A DNA stretch of 64,000 nt from an uncultured Gemmatimonadales bacterium (GCA_963739455.1 CAVUAK010000001.1:832001-896000); one strand, 5' to 3'; shown: positions 1 through 11,881, counted from the first letter of the stretch. Notes: generated by a model from the letters alone, not told the origin. Numbers and translations are program-made.

Positions 1-297
1 CTGGTCGTAGCGCTTCTCCACGCTGTCGAGTGCTGCAGCAAGTTCGCGAATCTTCGCGTTGTCCAGTTCGAGCCGCGCCACTTTTCTCTCGAGCAATGGC
101 ACCCGCGCTGCGGCGCGGACAAGCGGGGCGTACGAGAGCGCAACGAACACCAGCAGGCCGACAACTGCGGTCATTCCGCCGAGTGCCAGGCGCAGGCCCC
201 AGAGCGGAAGCCTGATGGTGCGCGCCTGCAGCGCCCCGTCGGGCTGCACCAGGATGGTGACGTACCTGGTGTCCTGCTTGCGGCCCGGGCTCGTCAT
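1..297 (-). CDS. N-terminal part of a membrane-anchored coiled-coil protein, probably an M23-family peptidase (runs off the window)
   Basis: Manual translation MTSPGRKQDTRYVTILVQPDG...LALGGMTAVVGLLVFVALSY...LERKVARLELDNAKIRELAAALDSVEKRYDQ. The ATG overlaps the parB stop (ATGA). The catalytic domain is not visible. Confidence 0.55.
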   Translation of the reverse strand, partial: MTSPGRKQDTRYVTILVQPDGALQARTIRLPLWGLRLALGGMTAVVGLLVFVALSYAPLVRAAARVPLLERKVARLELDNAKIRELAAALDSVEKRYDQ

Positions 298-1177
298 CCT
301 TCGAAGGGACGACCGAGAATGATCTCGAGCAGCCGCGCCAGGTCGTCGTTCGAGTAGTAGCTCAGCGTCACCAGGCCGCGTCCACGGCGCTTCGCCGTCA
401 CGCGCACGTCGGTGCCCAGCCGTTGCCGCAGTGCCTCCTCCACCCGGCGCGCATCAGCTGTCGGGTTGCGCACCTCCGCGGCGCGCGCGCGGCGCGTGGG
501 CGGACGATCGCCGCGCACCCGTGCCTCGAGCTCGCGCACCGACCATCCGCCCGCCACCGCCTCAGTCGCCAGTCGTTCGATGGCAGCCGGGTTGCTCCAG
601 CGCCAGCAGCGCGCGCGCGTGACCCTCACTGAGCTTCTTCTCGTGCAGCAGTCCCCGCACCATCAGCGGCAGCTTCAGCAGTCGCAGGGTGTTCGCCACC
701 GTGGAACGGTCGCGTCCCACCATGCGTGCCAGTTCCTGCTGCGGCATCGCGAACTCATCGATGAGGCGCTGGTAGCCGAGCGCCTCGTCGATGGGCGAGA
801 GGTCATCACGCTGCAGGTTCTCCACCAGCGCCAGCGTGAGCGAGCGTCCGGTCGTCCGCTTCCTTCACTACCGCGGGCACGTTGGCCCAGCCCAGCTGCT
901 GCACTGCGCGCCAGCGACGCTCGCCGGCGATCAGTTCATACGCGCCGGCACCGGCGGAACGCACCACGATCGGCTGGAGCAGTCCCGACGATTCAATGGA
1001 GCGCGTGAGGTCGGTGAGTTCGGCAGGATCGAAATGCGTGCGTGGCTGGAATGGGTTTGGTCGAATGGAGGTGACGGGCAGTTCACGCAGCGCACCGGAT
1101 GCCTGTGCCTGCTCGCGCGATACTCCCGGGCCAAGGAGTGCCTCGAGTCCCCGGCCAAGCCGCTTGCCATCGCTCAT
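294..1177 (-). CDS. parB: ParB/Spo0J chromosome partitioning protein (frameshifted, probably sequencing error)
   Basis: Three ORF pieces: LGRGLEALL...PNPFQPR...GLLQPIVVR...LIAGERRWRA; ENLQRDDLSPIDEA...RSTVANTLRLL; WSVRELE...L(S)YYSNDDLARLLE. Directly downstream of parA. Confidence 0.95.
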
Positions 1178-1992
1178 GCCTTGGCCTCCGGTGCGACTGC
1201 TTCTGCCTCCGCATCGCCCGGCGCGCGCGCCGCGCGCTTCACCAGCTCCTGCGCCACCGCGAGGTAGCTCTTGGCACCCACCGACTGCACGTCATAGAGG
1301 AGAATCGGCTTGCCGAAGCTTGGCGCTTCCGCCAGGCGAACGTTCCGCGGGATCGCCGTGCGGAACACCTGCGCCGCGAAATATTCCTTCACGTCTTCCG
1401 ACACCTGGCGACAGAGATTGAGCCGCGCGTCGAACATCGTCAGCAGCACCCCGTCGAGCGCGAGCGACGGATTGAAGTTCTGCTGCACCTGCCGCACCGT
1501 GTTCAGCAGCTGTGAAATTCCCTCGAGCGCGTAGTACTCGCACTGGATCGGGATCACCACGCCGTCGGCCGCCGTCAGCACGTTGACTGTCAGCAGGCCG
1601 AGCGATGGTGGGCAGTCGATGATGATGAAATCGTAGCGATCGCGAATGCGCGCGAGTCCGCGGCGCAATGCCGTTTCGCGCTCGACGCGATTTACCAGCT
1701 CGAGTTCAGCGCCGACGAGATCCTGTGTCGCCGGCAATACATCGAGGAAGGGAATTCCAACGTCGCGCGCGATTACCTCGTCGGGGTCGCGTCCGTCGAC
1801 AATCACGTCGTAGAGTGACGCGTCGAGTTCACCCTTGCTCATTCCCACGCCGCTCGTGGCATTTCCCTGCGGATCGGCGTCTACCAGCAGCGTCCGTTTC
1901 TCGGCGATCGCGAGGGAGGAAGACAGGTTGACGGCCGTGGTCGTCTTCCCCACGCCGCCCTTCTGGTTGGCGATGGCAATGATTCTAGCCAT
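1174..1992 (-). CDS. parA: ParA/Soj ATPase
   Basis: Deviant Walker A NQKGGVGKTTT, DADPQGN, IDCPPSLG, IPRNVRLAEAPSFGKP. Confidence 0.97.
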   Translation of the reverse strand: MARIIAIANQKGGVGKTTTAVNLSSSLAIAEKRTLLVDADPQGNATSGVGMSKGELDASLYDVIVDGRDPDEVIARDVGIPFLDVLPATQDLVGAELELVNRVERETALRRGLARIRDRYDFIIIDCPPSLGLLTVNVLTAADGVVIPIQCEYYALEGISQLLNTVRQVQQNFNPSLALDGVLLTMFDARLNLCRQVSEDVKEYFAAQVFRTAIPRNVRLAEAPSFGKPILLYDVQSVGAKSYLAVAQELVKRAARAPGDAEAEAVAPEAKA

Positions 1993-2070
1993 TAACGTAA
2001 GTGCTTATGTGACAAGTATTTACGCTCCGAGTTACAGCGAGTACGAGCTCGGCGCCAGCGGGGGAGAGTC

Positions 2071-2098
2071 AATATATGTAGTTCCAAATTTCCGACAA
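2071..2098 (-). promoter_or_regulatory. Candidate sigma70 promoter of parAB
   Basis: TTGTCG-16 nt-TATATT on the minus strand, upstream of parA. Confidence 0.4.
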
Positions 2099-2162
2099 CT
2101 GTCTTGTTCTGATCTCTTGGCGTGATGAAATACACCTGGAGCCGCCGAATGGGCCACGGCGC

Positions 2163-2178
2163 CGTTTCACGTGAAACG
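2163..2178. promoter_or_regulatory. parS: parS centromere site 1
   Basis: CGTTTCACGTGAAACG, within a perfect 20-bp palindrome at 2161-2180; matches the parS consensus TGTTTCACGTGAAACA; upstream of parAB. Confidence 0.92.
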
Positions 2179-2748
2179 GCAGGCTCGATGCGGCTACCCA
2201 GGCCGGCTGCAGGCAAGGTGACCCAAGCACCTTGAAGGTCTGAGCCGCGACGCGTTCGAAGAGCCACAGGTCTCACCCGCTCGGCTGTGCCTTCCCCATA
2301 CGTGAACACCGTTCTGCTCGCGTTCAGGCGCTTCCGATCACCAGGTCAATCACGATTTCCAACCGGCACGAGCAAAAAGGAACGCCCTAAGAACAATCTC
2401 GGGGTACCCGGTCCGGTCGCTACCGACAGTGTCCGCTTGTCCAGGTAGGAAAGGGGAGAACGCCGCGAATGACCGGTGCGCAAACACACCCACGCGCTCT
2501 GCTTGTCAGGCTCCCAAGTCGTCAACGTGTTCGCCGAAGCAGAGGGCCTGCAGTCACGCCCATACAACTGGTCTTCGCTACCTCAGCGCGCACCCAGCCG
2601 AAACCCCAACCGTACCCCTGTTCAAGTCTCATCTGCCGCTCCTCTCTCTCGCCGCTTCCAGCCCCCCAGCCCCCCCCCCCCAGCCCCCCCCAGCTCCCCG
2701 CCCACCCGCCGTAACTCGCCTCGGCGCGACTGAGCTTCAGAGCTGATG

Positions 2749-2764
2749 CGTTTCACGTGAAACA
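2749..2764. promoter_or_regulatory. parS: parS centromere site 2
   Basis: CGTTTCACGTGAAACA, 15/16 match to consensus. Confidence 0.92.
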
Positions 2765-2925
2765 GATCGACAGTGTCAAGCTAGAAACATAGAATCAACA
2801 CGTAAGTGATTGTAAATCAATTGTTTAGATTGTTACATCTATCGAGCTACTTACCCAATAGTCTTCGGCTTCTATTCGGTAATCTATGTCGATGTCGCGC
2901 CCATCGCCATCGAGACCCGGCCCTG

Positions 2926-2961
2926 GAAAGCAAAGCGGGAGCGATCTCAGATCGCCCCCGC
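2926..2961 (-). terminator. Intrinsic terminator after the ABC-2 operon
   Basis: Minus strand GCGGGGGCGATC-TGA-GATCGCTCCCGC followed by TTTGCTTT. Confidence 0.65.
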
Positions 2962-2963
2962 TC

Positions 2964-3028
2964 CTCCCTCTTCCCGCTTCCCTCTTCCCGCAGTTACCTC
3001 AGGTCCTCACGTCCTCACGTCCTCACGT
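2964..3028. repeat. Heptamer (YTCCCKC) plus octamer (CCTCACGT x4) tandem repeats
   Basis: ctccctc ttcccgc ttccctc ttcccgc; cctcaggt cctcacgt cctcacgt cctcacgt. Confidence 0.8.
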
Positions 3029-3029
3029 C

Positions 3030-4337
3030 TTAGCTCCTCACCCACCTCCACACCTCTGAAATCTTCGGCCGCTTCCCATACATCAGTATGCCCACCCGGT
3101 AGATGCGCCCCGCCACCCACACCACCAGCAGCATTGCCCCAAACGTCAGCCCCATCGACAGCAGCAATTCCCCAATCGGGATCGGGGCCAGCGAATACCG
3201 CACCGGCACCACAAACGGCGCCATCAAGGGGATCAGGCTCAGCGTCCGCGCCAACGACCCGCTTGGCTCGTTCAGCAGCGAGAACATTGCCATGAACCCC
3301 GCCAGGATACACATCGTCACCGGGATGTTTGCCTGCTGTGCCTCCTGCTGCGAGCTGCACATCGCCGCCACCGCCGCGTACGCCGCCGCATACAGCAGGA
3401 AGCCCAGCACGAAGAAGATCAGGAACACCGCCAGGAGGTCCGGTCGCACAGTCGGCAACTGCATCGCCGACAGCGACTCGGGAGACGCTCCCAGAAGCTT
3501 CGCGAGTGACCCCCGATAGGTCGTCAGCAGCATCGCCGTCCCACCCCAGATGCTCAACTGCAGCAGCCCCACCCCTCCCACCCCAAGCACCTTCCCCAGC
3601 ATCATCTGGAACGGCGTCACGCTCGAGGCCAGCACTTCAGAGATCCGGTTGGTCTTCTCTTCCATGACCGAATTCATCACCTGGACCCCGTACAGCAACA
3701 TTGAGAAGTAGAGCACAAAGCCCATGATGTACGCCAGCATGAACGACGACGCGCCCGACTCGCCCGTCAGCTTCCCCGCCGTCACCTTCTGCGCCATCAC
3801 GTCCACCTCTCGCGACGCCTTCATCCCCACGAAGACGTCGATGCCCGCCCGTCGCAGCCGCTCCTGACGCAGCGTCGTCTGCAGCTCGGTCTCCAGCTTT
3901 CGCATGTCCGCCATGCTTCCGACGTTCACGCCATAGTAGGGAATCCGACCGCCATCGACCGACTCGTCGGTCAGCACCAGGACGCCATCGAACCCTTCCA
4001 CGCCCTTGAGCTGCACGCCGGTCAGGCCAATCAGCGAATCGCGAACCGGATCCACCCGACCGTGCGCCGGCACCCGCACCACCGTGTACCGCGCGACCCC
4101 ATCCGACCCCGCTCGTCGCGACGCCGCCAGCGCCTCCGCCACCTTGGCGCCCACATCGCCGCTGGCACCGTCCACCACCGCCACGCGCTTGGGTTCCGTC
4201 TCGCGCCGGTCGAGCAGGACCGGCAGCACCGTCAGGGCCACCATGAGCACCGGGAAAAGCACGGTGCCGATGACGAAGGCGCGCGTGCGCACCTTCTCCA
4301 GGAACTCGCGCCGCATTACCGCCCAGATCTTATGCAT
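3030..4337 (-). CDS. ABC-2 type transporter permease (NatB/YhaP-like)
   Basis: MHKIWAVMRREF start, N-terminal TM, large extracytoplasmic loop, VMEEKTNRISEVLASS motif, multiple C-terminal TMs. Confidence 0.9.
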   Translation of the reverse strand: MHKIWAVMRREFLEKVRTRAFVIGTVLFPVLMVALTVLPVLLDRRETEPKRVAVVDGASGDVGAKVAEALAASRRAGSDGVARYTVVRVPAHGRVDPVRDSLIGLTGVQLKGVEGFDGVLVLTDESVDGGRIPYYGVNVGSMADMRKLETELQTTLRQERLRRAGIDVFVGMKASREVDVMAQKVTAGKLTGESGASSFMLAYIMGFVLYFSMLLYGVQVMNSVMEEKTNRISEVLASSVTPFQMMLGKVLGVGGVGLLQLSIWGGTAMLLTTYRGSLAKLLGASPESLSAMQLPTVRPDLLAVFLIFFVLGFLLYAAAYAAVAAMCSSQQEAQQANIPVTMCILAGFMAMFSLLNEPSGSLARTLSLIPLMAPFVVPVRYSLAPIPIGELLLSMGLTFGAMLLVVWVAGRIYRVGILMYGKRPKISEVWRWVRS

Positions 4338-5297
4338 GTGCCAGGTCCTCCCGCGCCGGTGCACTCGCCGCGTCCGTGCCCACCTTGGCGATGAAGATCG
4401 ATTGCAGCGACGCCTCCACCAGCTCGAACCGGGAGATTCCCACGTCGGCGCTCACCAGCGCGCGCAGTAACTGGTCGCTCGCCGCTCCCTCTGCCAGCTC
4501 GGCCTCGGCGCTCGCACCGTAGTCATCCACCCGCGTCACCAGCGACCTGTCCCCCAGGATCCGCGCGGCCGCCTCCTGGTTCCGGTGGAACGCGAGCGCC
4601 ACGTGCCGACCCCCCGCCTCGCTCTTGATATCGGCCAGCCGCCCATCCACCACCTTCTCGCCCCGCGCGATGATCGCGATCCGCTCGCACATCTTCTCGG
4701 CCTGTTCCATGATGTGGGTCGAGAACAGCACGGTGCCGCCCGCTCCGCGGCGATCTCGACGCACCACGTCGCGCATCACCTGGCTGTTGACCGGATCGAG
4801 GCCGCTGAACGGCTCGTCGAGAATCACCAGCTCCGGCTCGTGCAGCAGGGCGCCGATGAACTGCACCTTCTGCTGCATCCCCTTGGAGAGCTCCTCGCAC
4901 CTTCTTCGCGCTCCAGTCGCCGAGGCCCAGCCGCTCGAGCCACTGCGGCCTGCGCCTGCGCCGCGCGCCGCTCGGCAGCCCCTTGAGCCTCGCCGAGGAA
5001 GATGAGGTGGTCGCGCACCTTCATCTTCTTGTAGAGGCCGCGCTCCTCCGGCAGGTAGCCGATCCGCTCCGAGAGCGTCGCGGCTCGACCGGCTCGCCGC
5101 CGAGGAGGGTCATCTTCCCCTCGTCGGGCAGCGATGATGTTCAGGATCATCCGGATGGTCGTGCTCTTGCCGGCGCCGTTCGGGCCCAGTAGTCCGTAGA
5201 TCCCGCCCCGCGGCACGGTGAGCGATAGCCTTCGCACCGCCGTGTGACCGGCGAATCCCTTGGAAATGCCGTCCAGCTCGATCGCGTTCTGGTACAT
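4330..5297 (-). CDS. ABC transporter ATP-binding protein (frameshifted)
   Basis: GPNGAGKST, GYLPEERGLY, GMQQKVQF, ILDEPFSGLDPVN, STH, spread over several frames. Confidence 0.9.
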
Positions 5298-5366
5298 GGA
5301 AACTCCAGGCGGAAGGCAGGGAAGGACTCGTTAGCTTACTGCAACCCTGTCAGGCACGCATGCTCG

Positions 5367-5917
5367 ATGCTTCGATTGGCTCTTCCCACGGACGGCGAGC
5401 GGCTTGCCGCCATCTATGCCCCAGCCGTCACCGACCGCGCCACGTCGTTCGAGCTGACACCTCCCGACGCCGCCGAAATGGCGCGCCGCGTCAGTGCCCT
5501 CACCGCTGAACACCCTGGCTGGTCCTGGAAGAAAACGGATTGGTAGTTGGGTACGCCTACGCCAGTCCCCATCGTGACCGCCCGGCGTATCAATGGTCGG
5601 TAGAAATGTCCGCCTACATCGATGCCGCCGTCCACCGAGCCGGTCATGGACGGACACTCTATACCGCCCTGTTCGACATCCTCACCGCGCAGGGCTTCGC
5701 CAACGCCTACGCCGGGATCACCCTGCCTAACCCGGCGAGTGTCGGCTTCCATCAATCCATGGGATTTGGGAAGATCGGCGTATACCAGGGGATCGGCTAC
5801 AAGTTCGGCCACTGGCACGACGTGGTCTGGATGCATCGCCCCCTGGCCCCGAAGCGGCCCGATATGGCGCCGCCGCGTGCCCTCGCACAGGTACTGGCTA
5901 GCCAGCCACTTCGTTGA
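5367..5917 (+). CDS. GNAT N-acetyltransferase, phosphinothricin acetyltransferase-like (frameshift near 5520)
   Basis: AIYAPAV...TSFELTPP; GYAYAS..RDRPAYQWSVE; AGITLPNPASVGFH; GYKFGHWHDV. Confidence 0.88.
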
Positions 5918-6179
5918 GGCGGACCAGCCCGGCCACTTCGTCATGGGGAACGACGAGGTGCTTGTGATCGGCCCGGATGCCAAACTTGTTCGTCCGCTTC
6001 AGGTACTCCTCGCGCGTCATCCCGCCCGCCGGATCATGCACCCCGACATCGTGCAACAGCAGGCCCGTGTCGGTGCGCTCATGGTACCGGCCCACATAGG
6101 TCCGTCCGGAAACACCGTCGAGTACGACGGTGATCCCGTGCAATTCCTCATGCCCCGGATGAAAGACGTGGCCGCTCAA
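5898..6179 (-). CDS. Small His-rich protein with a predicted Sm/LSm-like fold (93 aa)
   Basis: TTG start overlaps the bacilliredoxin stop (TTGA). MSGHVFHPGHEELHGITVVLDGVSGRTYVGRYHERTDTGLLLHDVGVHD...KHLVVPHDEVAGLVRLNEVAG. Codon usage is gene-like. Confidence 0.75.
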   Translation of the reverse strand: MSGHVFHPGHEELHGITVVLDGVSGRTYVGRYHERTDTGLLLHDVGVHDPAGGMTREEYLKRTNKFGIRADHKHLVVPHDEVAGLVRLNEVAG

Positions 6180-6622
6180 CTCGCTGCTCCCGACGCCTCG
6201 CCGGCGCCGCAGTACTGGTCGAACGCCTTGACCAGGTCGTTCGCTACCGCATCCGGACCGCGGCCCTCGATCTGGTGCCGGTGAATGAACGCCACCACCT
6301 CGCCATCCTTGAACAGTGCCATCGACGGCGAGCTCGGCTGGTAGTCCGCGAAGAACTGCCGCGCCCGTGCCGTCGCCGGCAAGTCCTGGCCAGCGAACAC
6401 CGTCACCACATGATCCGGCTTCACCGTGTGCTTGAGCGCCGCCCGCAGCGCTGGTCGGGCGTTCCCCGCCGCGCAGCCGCACACCGAGTTCACGAACACC
6501 AGCGTCGTGCCGCGCTGGTCGCCCAGCTCCGCATCGACCTGCTCGACCGTCTTCAGTTCCTGTGCTCCCATGGCAACCATCTCCTCGCGCATGGGCTTGA
6601 CCATCATTTCGCTGTACGGCAT
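6176..6622 (-). CDS. BrxA/BrxB-family bacilliredoxin
   Basis: MVKPMREEM, VNSVCGCAAGNARP, TVFAGQD, PSSPSMALFKDG, RHQIEGR: YphP/YqiW signature with the CGC active site. Confidence 0.93.
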   Translation of the reverse strand: MPYSEMMVKPMREEMVAMGAQELKTVEQVDAELGDQRGTTLVFVNSVCGCAAGNARPALRAALKHTVKPDHVVTVFAGQDLPATARARQFFADYQPSSPSMALFKDGEVVAFIHRHQIEGRGPDAVANDLVKAFDQYCGAGEASGAAS

Positions 6623-6654
6623 CTGTGCTTCCTTCAAGTGGTCGTCATGGTTGA

Positions 6655-6711
6655 GAGCCAGGAGTTGGGAGTTCGAAGACCGCCTGAACTCTTAACTCCC
6701 AACTCCTAACT
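6655..6711. repeat. Inverted heptamer repeats (AACTCYY) forming a hairpin between sufU and brx
   Basis: ggagttgggagttc ... gaactcttaactcccaactcctaactc. Confidence 0.75.
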
Positions 6712-7149
6712 CGCTGTATCGTCAAGCGCCTTCTTCATCGTATGCCACGCCAGGCTTGCGCACTTCACCCGGATCGGGAACTGGGCCACGTTTGCGAACA
6801 CCTGGAGCCGGGCAGGAAGCGCCCGGGTGGCATCCGACGTCTCGCCGGTCACCAGCCCGTGGAATCCCGTGAACAGCTGCTCCACCTCATCCCTCGTCTT
6901 GCCCTTTATGGCGACGGTCATCAGGGAGGCTGACGCTCGCGAGATGGCGCATCCCGATCGCTCATCCTCGAAGCGCACATCCTTCACCACGTCGCCCTCG
7001 AACTCCAGCCACACCGTCACCTGGTCGCCGCAGAGGGGATTGTGTCCCTTCGCATGCGTGGCCGCCGGACTCTCGATGCGACCGTAGTTCCGCGGAGTCT
7101 TGTTGTGGTCCAGGATGACGCTCTGGTACAGCTCGCTGACCGATGACAT
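6706..7149 (-). CDS. sufU: SufU Fe-S assembly/sulfur-transfer protein
   Basis: LYQSVILDH, NPLCGD, GCAISRAS, RVKCASLAW; no LPPVK motif. Confidence 0.93.
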   Translation of the reverse strand: MSSVSELYQSVILDHNKTPRNYGRIESPAATHAKGHNPLCGDQVTVWLEFEGDVVKDVRFEDERSGCAISRASASLMTVAIKGKTRDEVEQLFTGFHGLVTGETSDATRALPARLQVFANVAQFPIRVKCASLAWHTMKKALDDTAS

Positions 7150-8389
7150 CAGGCGAACAACGTCCGGGCGCGCTCGACGCCGCGCCCAAGCGCCTCCACG
7201 TCGTCAGCGGTGTTGTACACGCTGAACGATGCCCGCGCCGTAGCCGGCACCCCGAAGCGGCGCATCAGCGGCTGGGCACAGTGATGCCCCGCACGAATGG
7301 CCACTCCGTCCTCATCGAGGACAGTTCCGAGGTCGTGCGGATGCACTCCCTCGAGCGTGAACGAGATGACCGACGCCCGGTTCGCCGCAGTGCCGATCAG
7401 CCGCACACCCCGAATGCCCGACAGCCGCTCGGTGGCGAGTGCCAGCAGCTCTGCTTCGTGCGCCACGATCAGCTCCGTCCCCCGCGCCTCGACGAAGGCG
7501 ATTGCCTCAGCCAGGCCGATCGCCTCGGCGATCGGTGGCGTGCCTGCCTCGAACTTCATCGGCACGTCCGCCCAGGTCGTCTCCGCCAGCGACACCGCGC
7601 CGATCATCCCGCCGCCCACCTGCCATGGCGACATCTCCCTCGAGCAGCGCCTCGCGCCCATAGAGCACGCCGATACCCGTCGGGCCGAACAGCTTGTGCC
7701 CGGAGAAGGCGAAGAAGTCGCAGCCCAGCGCCACCACGTCGACGATTCCGTGAGCCACCGACTGTGCGCCATCGACCAGGACGAGCGCCCCCGCCGCATG
7801 CGCCAGGTCGGCAACTCGCCGCACCGGGTTGATCGTGCCCAGCACATTGGAGAGGTGCGTCAGCGCCACCAGCTTCGTGCGCGACGTGATCAGCCGCTCC
7901 AGGGCATCGAGGTCGAGTTCGCCCGATTCCGTCACTGGCGCCATGCGCAGCGTCGCACCGGTCGCCCGCGCCAGCACCTGCCAGGGAACGAAGTTGGAGT
8001 GGTGCTCCATCTCCGTCACCACGATCTCGTCACCGGCCCCCACATTGGCCCGTCCCCACGCCTGGGCCACCAGGTTGATGCTCTCTGTCGTGCCGCGCGT
8101 GAAGATCACTTCGCGGGGCAGTGCAGCACCGATGAAACCCGGCTACCTCAGCCCGGGCGTCATCATACATCGCGGTCGCATCCGCGCTCAGCGCGTACAC
8201 CCCGCGGTGGATGTTGGCATTCTCCTCGGCGTAGAAGCGCGTCAACCGGTCGATCACCCGCTGCGGCTTCTGCGAGGTTGCGGCGCTGTCGAGATAGACG
8301 AGGCCGGGATTCGCGGCAAAGACCGGGAATTCGTCGCGCACGTCCGGCGTGTGGGAGCCCGAGGGTGACAGGACGTGGGCGGTCTTCAT
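7149..8389 (-). CDS. sufS: SufS cysteine desulfurase (frameshifted)
   Basis: [58 protein letters not shown]. Confidence 0.95.
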
Positions 8390-8391
8390 GG

Positions 8392-9672
8392 TCAGGCGCC
8401 GAGCCCCACGCCCACGCGCTCCTGCACCAGCCGATCCAGCTCGGCGCGGACCGGCTCCAGCGCCACCTCCGCCACCACCTCCGCCGCAAACGCGTACGTC
8501 AGGAACCGCCGCGCCGCCGCATGCGGGATGCACCGGCTCTGCAGGTAGAACAGCATGTTCTCGTTCAGCGCGCCCACCGTTGCACCATGGGTGCACTTGA
8601 CGTCGTCCGCGAAGATCTCGAGCTGCGGCTTGGTGTCGATCTTGGCCGTCTCGGAGAGCAGCAGCGCGCGGTTGGTCTGCTTCGCGTCGGTCTTCTGCGC
8701 CTCGGGCGTCACGAAGATCTTCCCGTTGAACACCCCGTGCGACTTGCCGTCCAGGATGCCCTTGTAGACCTCCCAGCTGCGGCAGTTGGGATGGTCATGG
8801 AAGATCGCCGTGTGGTTGTCCACCAGCTGTTCGTCCCGGCCGAAGTAGAGGCCGTACAGCAGGCTCTCCACGTTGGCGGCGTTCAGGTGGCTGCGCAGGT
8901 CGTGCCGCGCAATCGCCCCGCCCATGGCGAAGCTGAAGTTGCGGTAGTGGCTGTCGCGCTCCTGGGCCACGTGCGTGCACCCGATGTGGAAGGCGCGCTC
9001 GCTCTCCCGCTGGATCCGCGTGTGCTCCACCCAGGCGTTCTCGCCGACCACCACCTCGCACACGGTGTTGGTGAGGTAGCGCTCCGCGTTGCCCAGGGTC
9101 ACGTAGCTCTCGATGACCGACGCCCGCGCCTCGCGCTCCACCACCACCAGGTTGCGCGGGTACACCGCCGAGTCAGCGGCACCCGGCGCTGTCACGAACA
9201 GCAGGTGGATCGGCTGGGCCAGGTCGGCCCGCGCCGGCACATGCACGAATGCCCCGTCGGTGATCTGCCCGGTATTCCACGCCACGAACGGCGTCGCATC
9301 AATCGCGACGTGCCGGCCCAGGTGCTTCTCCAGCGAGGCGTTGCCGCCCCCGACCTGCGCCAGGCTCTCCACCCGCACACCGCTCTCGACCGACACCGAC
9401 GACAGCTCCGCGCTGTAGCGCCCGTTCACGAAGACCAGCCTCGGCCACTCCGCGTGCCCGAACATGAATGGCGCCAGTGCGTCGAGTGAGACGCTTGCTT
9501 CCGGCGCCACACCGAACGTCATCGACGAGATCGGCGAGATCGGGGTGAACCGCCACTCCTCGTCCTTCGACGTGGGCAGGCCCAGTTCGGCGAAGCGCTG
9601 GCCCCCCTGCTGTCGCAGGGCCACCAGCCACGCCGGCAGCGTGGTGTCGATCCGGTCGGCGACTGCCGTCAT
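8392..9672 (-). CDS. sufD: SufD Fe-S assembly protein
   Basis: [55 protein letters not shown]. Confidence 0.95.
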   Translation of the reverse strand: MTAVADRIDTTLPAWLVALRQQGGQRFAELGLPTSKDEEWRFTPISPISSMTFGVAPEASVSLDALAPFMFGHAEWPRLVFVNGRYSAELSSVSVESGVRVESLAQVGGGNASLEKHLGRHVAIDATPFVAWNTGQITDGAFVHVPARADLAQPIHLLFVTAPGAADSAVYPRNLVVVEREARASVIESYVTLGNAERYLTNTVCEVVVGENAWVEHTRIQRESERAFHIGCTHVAQERDSHYRNFSFAMGGAIARHDLRSHLNAANVESLLYGLYFGRDEQLVDNHTAIFHDHPNCRSWEVYKGILDGKSHGVFNGKIFVTPEAQKTDAKQTNRALLLSETAKIDTKPQLEIFADDVKCTHGATVGALNENMLFYLQSRCIPHAAARRFLTYAFAAEVVAEVALEPVRAELDRLVQERVGVGLGA

Positions 9673-10436
9673 GCCGTGGCCCCCGCGCCCGCCAGGTCCT
9701 CGATCCACTCGTAGCCGCGTGCCTCGAGCTCGAGCGCCAGCTCCTTGCCGCCCGACTTCACGATGCGGCCGTTCAGCCAGCACGTGCACGAAGTCCGGCA
9801 CGATGTAGTTGAGCAGCCGCTGGTAGTGCGTCACCACGATGGTGGCGCTGTCGGGCCGCTTGAGCTTGTTGACCCCGTTGGCCACGATGCGCAGCGCGTC
9901 GATGTCGAGCCCCGAGTCGGTCTCGTCGAGGATCGCGAGCTTCGGCTCCAGCACCGCCATCTGAAGGATCTCGTTCCGCTTCTTCTCGCCGCCCGAGAAG
10001 CCGACGTTGACGGACGCGCTGCATGATCTCGGGGCCCCACTCCACCATCTTGAGCTTCTCCTCGAGCAGGTCGAGGAAATCCATCGGGTCGAGCTTCCTC
10101 GAGCCCCTTGGCCTTCCGGATCTCGTTGTACGCCGCGCGGAGGAAGTAGGCGTTGGTGACGCCCGGGATCTCCACCGGGTACTGGAAGGCGAGGAACACG
10201 CCCTGCTGCGCCCGCTCCTCCGGCTCCAGGTCGAGCAGGTCCTGGCCCTCGTAGCGTCACCTCGCCGCCGGTGACCGTGTACGCCGGATGACCCGCCAGC
10301 ACCTGCGCCAGCGTGCTCTTGCCCGAGCCGTTGGGCCCCATGATGGCGTGCACCTCGCCGGCATTCACCGTGAGGTTGACGCCGCGAGGATTTCCCGCTC
10401 ACCAACCGACGCGGACAGGTTCCGGATCTCGAGCAT
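9669..10436 (-). CDS. sufC: SufC ATPase (frameshifted)
   Basis: [67 protein letters not shown]. Confidence 0.95.
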
Positions 10437-10438
10437 GC

Positions 10439-11877
<1,439 letters not shown>

Positions 11878-11881
<4 letters not shown>

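Noticed and set aside
1992..3033. Short ORFs in the parA upstream region
   Set aside because: Low-complexity or atypical codon usage and no recognisable motifs; the region is better explained as non-coding parS/regulatory DNA.
8392..10368. 658-aa SufC-SufD fusion ORF
   Set aside because: Artefact of indels: the ORF drifts in and out of the SufC frame, and sufD has its own ATG at 9672 overlapping a TGA.
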